A DNA stretch of 64,000 nucleotides from Daphnia carinata. Taxonomy: Eukaryota. The notes below the pieces were generated by a model. It had not been told where the DNA came from and searched no databases. It saw only the letters and a program-made list of their open reading frames with translations. Positions 29,254-40,100 of the stretch are shown in pieces (positions within the stretch are counted from its first letter, which is position 1; the number at the start of each line of letters is the position of its first letter). The stretch spans positions 9,734,001 to 9,798,000 of the forward strand of contig NC_081331.1 of NCBI RefSeq assembly GCF_022539665.2. Reading direction: 5' to 3'. Both the position numbers and the translations under genes were made by a program.

Positions 29254-30500
29254 ATGACCAACGTTTGCAGAGTGCATGGCAATACTTCAGAATGTGTCTC
29301 ATCTGAACTAGCGAAACTCAAAATTGCCGTCGCCTTAGTAGTCATACGTAGCAAGCCAGCCGACCAAAATGCCAAGGATTTCGTTCACAACTTAGTGTTT
29401 TTTCAACAAGATAAAGTAAGTGTTTTTGAGCACAGCCATTTCACATTGTACTATTTTCATTGTTTATTGTGATCTCAGGGATGACTAAGTAACTAAATGA
29501 ATATTTACAGGAGCAAAGATGGAAAGCCGAATATCACCGACTCAAACAGGAAGTTCTACAGTTAAGACAACAACAACTTTTATTTTCAATTAACACCAGG
29601 CTCAGTTCGCATTCGAGTGGTAAAACCCGAACAATAATGTTTGACAATATTTATTTTCCAATATCAATGGCAGTTTCTTTTTAAAATTTTTTCATGAAAA
29701 TGGCAGAGGATTTTGGCATTAGTCCAAACCGTCATTATTCTCAACTAGTATTAACACCACCCGATTCGCAATCAGATAGCCAGCCAAGTACAACATTGAC
29801 GTTACCGACATTGGCACCCAACATCCCTGAAAATGACAAAGCCGACGCAGATCACATGACATTTCTACGGGCTTACTTCTATCTAGAGCATCAATTGCGT
29901 TTAAATCTGCCATCACCACCATCACTAATCGGCCTTAATAACGAAATCTTGGAGAAGGACGTGGTGCGGCAAAGCGTGCTGTCTGTATTGCAACATGTCG
30001 ATTCCAACACACCCAAGGAACAATCGGATTTTTCGAGATGTTTGGATAGCTTTCGCGTCTGCGTTCGATTACTCGACTCTCACGGCAAATGGAGTCAATC
30101 CATGCTGGACAAGTTCATTGAACTGTCCTCCTGTTGGTTGAAACGGATGATGCAGGGTGACAACGTGCTTAGATACAACGCCCTGCTTGCCATTTTAGCC
30201 GACTCGAACGGGATGGCCGCACTGCTAGCTGAATCTGTTGTCAAGTCGATAGCCGAGTCGCACGAAAAGATGAATGAGTGGGAGTGGGACAGCGTAGAGC
30301 TCATCCCTCGGCCTGTGCTGACCCACTTTTCCGGTAGTTCCTATTACTTCCTCTTGCTGGAGAAAACCATTCCTCGAATGGGTTCGTCCGATAGGAGTCG
30401 ATTCCAGGCCGCTTTATCCCACGTCGGACAGCGGGTTCACGTCAACTTTCCCCTCTTTGCTGCTTCGATGATGCGGCTGGCCCATCAGCTTGGCAACTGA
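29254..30500 (+). CDS. MEI4: Meiosis-specific protein MEI4-like (meiotic double-strand-break factor)
   Basis: Exons 29254-29415, 29511-29619, 29707-30500 (GT-AG, in frame, 354 aa). N-terminal KLKIAVALVVIRSKPADQNAKDFVHNL...EQRWK...LKQEVLQLRQ and C-terminal SYYFLLLEK...NFPLFAASMMRL match my recollection of the conserved vertebrate MEI4 terminal motifs (KLALALAIIRSKPADK...WRSK...EVMQLRQ; FPLF..YLWR). Confidence 0.8.
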
Positions 30501-31167
30501 ATCGAAAAGACGTGCCTGCTCATTTATGCCCTCCGTGCGCTACAATCAATTTCCCATTGTTTCCCTTTTTACTTCATGCTCTTTTTTGTAATAATTGCAG
30601 CTTGATTTACCCACTGATTCGCAATCTGTTTTTGTTTGTGTGTGTGTATGTATGTGTCATGGGTTTATTGCATCTATTCAATTTATTCTTTTTTTTTTTT
30701 TATTATTTTTTTTTTCCTTGTTTCTTTTCTTTCGTCATCAAAAGGAGGCCCTTGAGCTTCGCTGGATCACCATGGCGTAGAGGATTGCTGGGGGAACAAG
30801 ATGAACGAGGAAAATGGATAGAGAGCCGAAGAAGATGCAAGGAATTTTAATAAAAATGTACATAGCAAGTTTAAATATAAATGATAAACAAAAGAAACTT
30901 TCTCTTTCTTATCCATCACATTTTTTTTTCTTTTTTTTTTCTGCATTTTTTTTTCTTTTAACTTCTCCCATCATGTTTCGCACACCGTTACTCCGCCCTG
31001 TATTCCAATGGCCCGGACCATCATCTCTTCTTCTGGAACGAGTTGTTTTTCAATTTCATATTTTCTTTCATTTTTACTTGTTGACAATGTTGCTTCGCAT
31101 ACATTTCGTTGTTGTCCAACGAAGAGGTCCTCTTCTTGCAGGTTATTTCATTATTTTTTCTACTATT

Positions 31168-34100
31168 TTAGTTGTCCAGGTCGTAGCTCTGTACGATTGA
31201 TGCTTTGCGCAATTCGATCATTGGCATGATACCGTTTTCCTGCTAGGATGAAAACAAGAAAGAAACATCGGGTGAATAACAAAAGCACATGAACACGCAC
31301 GTCAAAGAAAAGGGAAAGTGAAGTAGCGTTTTTTTTTTTTTCGACGGTTATTGAACTTTTTTTCACAGGGCATGGACCAGTTTTGTACCCAAAAGATTTA
31401 TGTCTTGCTCCATAAAAAGAAAACACGCAATCTTTCTTTTTCTTTTCCGTCCTTAAGAATATATGTATATATAAGAATAAAAGATAGTATAAGACGAACC
31501 CCGTGAAGAGATGGGACGTCGTGATTGGTCGGAACATAAGTGTGACTCGGGGGCGTGCATCGAAGACAACTGCGTCTCAATGTAGGCCGCTGGCGGGATC
31601 CTTGGCAACGCAACGCGAAGCGAAGTTCCTCGCCCATCTCTGAACAGAGCGATTGCTATGCATAGAGAGAAAAAAAATGGAACGTGGGTATTACACAGAT
31701 AGAACAAGAAATCACCAATTGAAAGACAAGTGCGCAAAAGACAAGGTCCTCGTTTGAATTTCGCGGAATTTTTGGGGGGCGATGAAAACAAATGAAATGT
31801 ACGTAGGGGAAAGTGACTGTTGCTGAAAGGATGTGAAAGCGAGACGACCAACTGTTGGTCTGAGCCGTTCATCGCAGTAATTGAAATGGAGCTTAAAATT
31901 ATAGCTTGGTTTTATACCTTCTCTTGCTGGGCGTTGCGTTTCGAGTTCCAGCAAAACTCCAGTATGGCTACAACGATAGCCATGGCCAGCCCGCACAGCA
32001 GGACAACAAATACGCCGCCTGTCATGTGGTTGCGAATTTCCCCAAATGGCAAATCGTTCGCATCGCCAGAGAAATGCGGGGCGTAATCCGGTTGGAAACG
32101 GACGAGCGATCGGACGTCCGGAGAAATGCATAGATAGAGAGCAAGGAACCAGACAATCGATTGTTAGAAAGAGCAAAGGAAAAACGGTCGTTTGCACAAA
32201 AAAGAAGTTGAAAGAGAAAGGCTGTTTTTTATTTGATTTTCAAATAGAAGAAGAGACTGACCGATATTTTCAACGCCCAAGGCACTGGCTTTCGACTCTT
32301 TATTCTTATCGTCTCGGTTGCAGACGTCGCCCGTGTCCTTCCACCACTATTTGTTGATTTGATTGCAAAAATGTAAACGAATAATTAATTTATTAATTAA
32401 GGTAATGGGCGAGGATGTGACTAAACATTGTTGGCACTTATTTGTATCATAAAAAGAAACCGTTTTTATTTTTGGCAACTCATGTGAATAAAAATAAAAA
32501 CAAATTGAAAAATAAAGAAATCGTGAAGAGCCGCATCGCTCCTTTAATCATACCTTGTTGTATAGTAGGTGAATGGAGCCTTTCTCTTGCAGTTCCAAAA
32601 TGGCCAACGAAATTCGATCCCGCCAAGGCGACCCTGTTAATTGCCAAAACAAGAGAAAACGTAAAAACGATTTGAATGAAAATGGGTTTGGCGACAGGCT
32701 AGTGCCAAACCAAGCGAGTCGGCTTATTTTGCTTTTTTACGTCCATGACAAAAAAACATTGAAAATTAAGATAAAAATTGATGTCGTAGATTAAGGACAG
32801 ACCTTTCGGTGTTCCAATGCCGTAGCCTTTGGAGTCGAGGAGACCCCCGATTTGGGTCAAGTTGCAATTGCGCTGGACGACGTAGTCGAGGGTAGTCGAC
32901 TCCATCAGAAAGGCAAAATTGCCTTCCATTACGCGCTTCGTGCCTTCCTCGTACGTCGAAACGAAGACGGACGGCTTCTTGCTCTCCATGTAACGCCACA
33001 TTTTCTGGTATGTCTCGATCCGAGAATCCTGATTTCATATACGACATCATCAAAAACATCGATTTATAAAACAATTTTTTTTTTTAATCTTAAAAGCTAT
33101 ACACAAAAAAACATTGACGGACGTTCAAGGTTCCGCGTTTAGAAGGCCATTGGGGGTGAAAAAATAAAAAGGGAAAACGATTCAAAAGAGCTTCACTCTC
33201 GCTGTCGTTTTATTATTATTTTTTTCTTCTGTCGACTTGCGAAGAAGAAGAAGAAAAATGGAATGACTCGGCAAAGAAGTGACGCGTCAGTAGAAACTGG
33301 GTTATCCCTTAAAAGGTCATCATTTTTAACTAACATTTTACAGCTTTTGATGTAACAAAAGAGGGAGGAAAGCCAGTTGGACGGGCTTGAGTGCTCATCC
33401 GTTCGGATGAGACCGGTCCTGCCCTTGAGATCAGGTGATATTTACACACACACACAAAGAGAGAAAACAAAAAAAAAAAAGCTATAAAAGTTTCCCATAC
33501 AGCGTGATGCCCATTTTAATGAAGCTGCCACCATAGAAAGACGAGCAAAGTCGTGAAAAAAAAAAAACCCGAAGAGAAAGTGAAAGGGATGGTATAATTA
33601 ATGGGAATATACTTTTTTTAGAGGAAAAGAAAATGGTAATAAAGTAAATATATATATACTCGAAAGAAAGTCATGGTGGATCCTGCGTCGAGCGTGCCGT
33701 AAGAAATTTCGCTCTGGTCGGCCAAGTCCTCGACCGAGTCGATAGGCGCAATCATTCGTTCTACGGTGAGGAAGGCCGCCAGATTGGCCGTGTACGACGA
33801 GATAATGATCAGCGTGAAGAACCACCAAATGCCGCCGACGATCCTCGTTGATGCCGCCTGTTTAGTCACGCACGACACGCGACCCAGACGCAAAGAAGAA
33901 TCAAAGTAACACGACTATTAGCGTCATTTCTCTCAGCTTATGATTATGAGAATTGATTGGGTTTTTTTTTTTTGCGTCAGCATTGTTTGTCCGGTTGTTG
34001 CGGGATGGTTAGGTGGGATGATGGATGAAGGAAATTCTTCTTTTTTTTTTGCCATTTCTTAGCGCATTAATTGTTGAGTGTTTTAAAAATTCGAAAATTG

Positions 34101-37100
34101 CGCATAATCGTTTCAAAGCTGCCACCGAGAAAGACGTTATTGCACGCACTGCGTTTCATCGCTAAACACAAACATACAGAGAAAATGAAGAAGGAGAGAA
34201 GGACTTAGACGGGGAGTGAAAGTTTCAGTTAAAAAAAAAATAATAATAATGAATAAATACAAAGAAGAAGAGGCTGAAAGAATCCCCACGCTTCCTGACT
34301 TTCATGCGTCGCTCCCAGTTTAGGGACCGAAAAAAGAAACATCACGTAAGCAATACAACGCACGACACAAGACACGAACGCAGACAAACGGGAGAACACG
34401 AAAAAATTGTCGATGTATTAAAAAATTCGAAAGTTAGGAAAAGAAAAAAAAAAATAAAGAAAAAGGAAAAGAAAAATAAAATAAATAATTATTGATTCAC
34501 AACGATCACCAACAAAGGCCACTATTGATATTCAACAAGCCAATGGAATTCGTAAAAAAAAAAAATATGCATTATTTTAAGGGAGGTAGTGGGGGCATGA
34601 GAAATAGGGGATGGATTCAGCGGGTTTACCAAGTCAATCCCGACGGCTCGTATGCAAAATTTTGCGGTCAAAAAAGCGGAACTGCCAGTGTACGAAAATG
34701 TTGATGGGAAAAATTAAAGCAAAAATGGGGCATAATCTACAGCTGCACATACTCGCCTGGACAGGTGACTTTTTGTTAGGTAATTTTTATGTTACGTGTG
34801 TGTGTGGTTTGAAAAAAAAAAGAAATGGCTTTTTGGTCTTTCTTGGTGACAGATGGAACGACTTCGGACCAATTTGCGTACTGGCCACTAAAGCATACTA
34901 TTGGCTCGAAAAACAACAGAAGAAGAACGCGATAGGGTTCGAACAGCATATTAGGGTCAATTTCGGGATTGAAGGTAGATATCAATTAAGAATAACAGAA
35001 TATTAAGAAAAGGTAAAAAATATAGCGAGGTAGGTCGGGGTTGGAATGTGTACGCACTAGCTCAAATGAATTACTTGCCAAGATGGTTTCGCTTGAAACA
35101 ATCTTGTCTTGGATGAATGAATAAGAACAATGTCTCATATTCACATTCCAGTTTGTTACAGACTAGCAGTTGATTTCATCTCTTCAAATGCACGAAAATT
35201 TTGCTTGACGTGAATCGCATACGAGAACAAGGTGTAGGTGAGGTTTATCAAATAAAATCAACTTAATGCAAATAAAATGAAATTATTGAACAGAATTTTA
35301 AAAAAGAAAGAAAACTAAATCGGAAACGGCCCGTGAAGAAGAAAAATGAACGGAGCGGCCAATGAGCCAGCGAGAATTCGGTCCTTTTGCAGATCGAAAA
35401 GAATACCTTGGGATTGAGATCTGATCCTTGTTGCATGAGAGTGCCGATGGTGAACCAGAAACTGTTGGCCAGCGAGAAGTCGTTGCTGCTGGCCAGGGTG
35501 GCATGCTCGCTATCGAACAATGCGTCTGTATTGTGCGGCTGTTGCAGAATCCGGTCGATACCGCCAATGCTGCCGGACAGGTAGTGGTGGCAGTGGTGAC
35601 ACCGGCTGCCCACTCCGCTCCCGTTCACATTGTCGTGCCATTCGTAAGGCGTGAAGCGGGCCACCACCCACATGGAGAGCGAGACTAGGACGTAGGCCAG
35701 CAACAAGAAGAGCCAAATCTCCACGGCCAGTGGATTCATAAAAGAGAACAACCGCGTCGGAGTCGGCGTCGGAACCTGATCACATTCGCATACAACTTGT
35801 TTGTTTTGTGTCTCATTTTAACATTTAAGTTGCTTTTTTTAATAATCGCTGTAACGTTCCGACACTGTACCGCATGGATTCTGAACTCAATCGCATCTTG
35901 CATTTCACCCAATTTAAATAAAATAGGATAAATAAAAGTAGATTTTGATGTTTAGCTCTAAAAAAAAAAATAAAGTGAGGCCATCGTCTTGGGGGCAGCT
36001 TTTGAAACGTTCCATTTCGGATAGAAAGCAATGGCAATATTTCTATTATTTGGCAGGCTGATTGTTGCGATGGTCGGACAGAGAGAGATTGGCATTGAAG
36101 AGGATAAAAAAGAAAGAGGACAGGAATTGAAGCGGTAGGCTGCTTGAAGAGGGTTTGTGATTTGTCGTTTATAGACCTTGGGATTGAGTCCTGATCCTTG
36201 ACGGAGGAAAGTGCCAGTAATGAACCAGAAACTGTTGGAGATGGAGAACTGATTCTCGACCACGTCGCTGTCAGCGTTGCAAGGGTGAGGGTTGTTCCAT
36301 TCGTAAGGCGAGAAGCGCGCCATGACAAATAGCGTGAAACTGACGAGGATGTAGGCCGCCATGACGTACAGCCAAATCTCCACCGCCAGTGGGTTCATAA
36401 AGGAAAAGAGACGCGTCGGCTGGCTGGTCGGGATCTATTCACGACACCCATTTCATTATGTAAATCGCTCTTCATCATTTTTTTTTTCTCTAAGATTCAT
36501 GTTCTACTCTTTCTGCTTTGAATGGGGGGGGACATAACAATGGGAGTTGAATAAACACACAGATTCTGATTTATTTTTTGTTTTTTGTTTTTTTTTCAAA
36601 AAGAAGTTGGTGTTACGAATGAAAGGACCTTTAATCAGCTACATTGAAGACTACCACTGTGGTCCCACTTTGTTCGTCTTTATTCGTTCAACCAACTTTA
36701 AAAGAACTTTCACTTTGCGTTTGTTGACTTGTTTGAAGACGGTCCCGAAAAAAGTGCGGTCAAGGCGAACCGGGAGAAGATATATAATTTTTTTTTTATC
36801 ATGTTTACTACGAGCTCTATAGTGCGAAGGCCATCCTTATATCAGCAATCAAAAGACAGAGCCGAAAAATATTCAAATGTCACTAAGAAAACGTATGACA
36901 TCAGCGGCAGGTTTTTTATTTTTCCATGTTTCTCCTCTTTCGCTATTGATTCTCTTAGGTCCGCTCAAAGGACTGGCCTATTCTTTTTTATTTATAGACG
37001 TATTTCTCAGACGACCACTAAGATTTGTTGCATCGATAGCTAGACGATGAAATGTCGATAGGTTTAGTAAAACCTTTTTCTTTTTTTTATTACTACTGCC

Positions 37101-40100
37101 AGTAAAAAAAGATTGAGAAATAGAGACGAGTGATGGCTCGCAAAACCCTGCGAAACGATGCTACTTTCTTAGTTGTGAAATCGAAAACGATGTCGTCAAA
37201 CTATCAATTGGAGAGGCTTTTTGGAAAAAATACGAAAACAGTATTTTGAATCGTAAAAAAATGAAAGAATGAACCAACCTTGAACAAGATGCTAATGCCG
37301 AGGTTCATAAAAGGCTTCGTAAAATCGATGACCATTTCACGGGCGTAGTTGATCGTCATCGATCCGACGGCCAGATCAGCTTTCTGTAATTTGAATTGAC
37401 GTCATGACTTTTTTTTTTTTTCTTTTAACGAATTCAAATGTGGCCGCATTATTGACAGCGTCGCAACACTTGAAATGTGAATGCATTAAAAAAGAACAAT
37501 GAGTAACGGCACCTTTTCGAGAATCTGGCGGACGATGCCGTTCCATTCACCCGTGTCGGGATCTAACGCTCCGTATTTCTTGTCGGGTACCAGCTCAATG
37601 ACGTAATTGAAACCGACCATTCCTGTAAAATAATAATAATAATAATAATAATAAAAAATACAGGAATTTTCCTTGTGGTGAAATCTGTTTGTGGTTGGAA
37701 TCAAGTCATGCATAAATCATTGCGAATTGGGATTGGCAATAAAAATGATGGCGAAATCTCATACCAGCAATGGCTTTGAGTAGGTCGATGCAGAATCCCT
37801 CGTAGCGGTCGTTGCCGGTCAGATTACGTTCCGATCGAACCATCACGTACGGCATTTCCTGATGCGACGCATCAACCCGGTAAGTACAGAAACATTTAAA
37901 GAAAAAAGAAAAGAAGGAAGCATTAGATAAAACGAGACGCTATTTTTGCTACCGTAACATCAAGCGGAGCATCATGGAATATATCAATCGTTTACTGATG
38001 ACGGTTTCAACTCCATCAGAGCGGACGACCATTAAAAGATTGGCAGCATTGAAACTTTATTTTTTTTTTCTTTGTTAGCTACATGATCGAGCAAAACAAA
38101 CGAGGGCCTTTCCTTTTTTTTTGTTCCTTATTCTTGTTTGTTATTTTTGTTGTTGATCGGTTTGAAGCCCAAGGATCTAGCATCCAATTCAAGTTCCCCT
38201 TCCATTGCCTATCCAACTATTTTTGAAAAAGGAGAAACCTACACGAAGTGAGAGTATAAAGGGGAAAAAAAAGGGGGAACGTAAACACGATCTGTAATTA
38301 AGATCTCTCTCCGCGTGATTCTTTTTGCTGCTGATGCAGCTGAGCTTTCTCCCTTTACTCCCTAAAGGAGAGAAAAGAGGCACGATCCGTTCTTTAAAGC
38401 AATCTTGTAAACACAGATCAACATCGTCCCAATTCGTTTTCGCTCGGCCGAATCGAGCGCGTCTACAGGTGAGTCCAAAGACATCGGGTTAAATTAGAAA
38501 AAGGCCTTTCTTTCTGGATTGAATCCATTCCTCAATGCTATTAACTTGTTTTTTTTTTTTTAATTTTATAAATAAAACCATCAGCCAATAAGCCTAAACA
38601 GCGTCATCCCTTTATGGAAATGCGCGTGAACTGATGGGGCCGGGAAAACGAATCAACGCGTTCAAACGACGTGTTTTTACCTCGTTGGTCATGACGATAA
38701 GAGTGATGTTGGGCGTACTGCCTTCGTAAAAGGCCACCGGATCGGTAATGTTGAGTCCCATCTGACCGTTCCACTCGCCAACTTTCGTCAGATTCTCCCG
38801 CTTCAGCTTGAGCAAGTCCAGCGTGATATTGGAGCGTCGCCCTTCCTTGAATCGGACGGGTCCCGTCAGTCCGACAAATTCCACCTATTAAATTTTTTTT
38901 TTGTAGGAAAAGCGTGATTGTTGTTCAGTACATCAGGATGCGATTAATTTAAAAAAGAATGGGAGGGACAATACTAATGTTGAGCTATTCATCGCCTGCC
39001 CAATAGGAACGTATAGCCATAAATAAGAAATGTTGCACCTTATCAGTAAACACAACACACAGACACGCGCACAGCTGATGTATAGATCAAACGGTATAAA
39101 TCAAAGGCTACTATAGCAATCTGAGTTGCGATCCATCTATTTTTCTTTCTAGTTTATATTGTGTGCCAGTGGATGTACGTAGCGATATATATGATTTCAT
39201 AGCTACCGTGTTGATGTAATTGAAGAGCGACGATCCGTCATTCCACGGCTGCTCGATATCGCACGAGAGGTTGGCCAGCCTCAGTGCTGTGCCCCGATCC
39301 AGGGCGGCCAGACCGTGAGCCAACGCCATAACGCTGTCGTAGACTAGAGCTGGCTCTGCCTGTTTATCGACCATAGTGACACAATCAGTTGAATATCAAG
39401 CGCTCGCAAAGAAAAACAAAATTGGGGAAAAGCTGTGAATTGTTTCAATAAATGGCCTACCTGGATGATGTTCGATTTATTGAGAATGCTTTGGCCGATC
39501 GGCTGGAACTTCTCCATATCTCTCAGAAGAAGCCGCGTAAAGTTACTGTCAGCGTCGACGATGCGGAACGCCGAAATGTTGACAAAGTTGTACTTGAAAT
39601 CTTCCAAGTCAAACGTTTCCAAATCCTTTGAAAGAGAAAGTCCCCACGAAGAAGAAGAAAATGTAATGAAATTGATGGCAATAGAATAAAAACAATGACG
39701 TTCACAGTGTTCCATTACCGGCGAAGCGAAGAGGTAGTGATACTGATAGTCGTTCATTTGTAGTTGCAGAACCTGGCGTGAACAAGTTGTGCCACAAATT
39801 GCGTGTTAGAATGTCCGACCGCACACGTCGTCATCATTATGAAAATCGAGAGGAGAAAAGAAGAAACAGAAGAGCAACGATGAATTGCAATATAGCTGTG
39901 TCATTAACATATTTATGCAGCATATATCACTGTCGTGTTCTTTTTATTAACATATTTGGCGAGCGGCAAGGTCTCTTTGTGTCGTGCAAAATGGAGAGTC
40001 AAGTCAAGCCGTTACACCAGCTACGCGCAGATTTATTCATTTATTATGAAGTTGTTGATGGCCGTGTTCCCCTTCTTTCCCCAGTTGAGGTGCAGGGGGG

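Noticed and set aside
32262..32633. Flip/flop-like duplicated exons in S2
   Set aside because: Only one copy of each S2/pre-M4 exon is visible.
35042..35787. TGGAATGTG (35042-35050) complementary to CACATTCCA (35142-35150) and partly to CACATTC beside the exon B acceptor, as a docking/selector candidate
   Set aside because: Only 7-9 bp, within chance expectation without comparative evidence.
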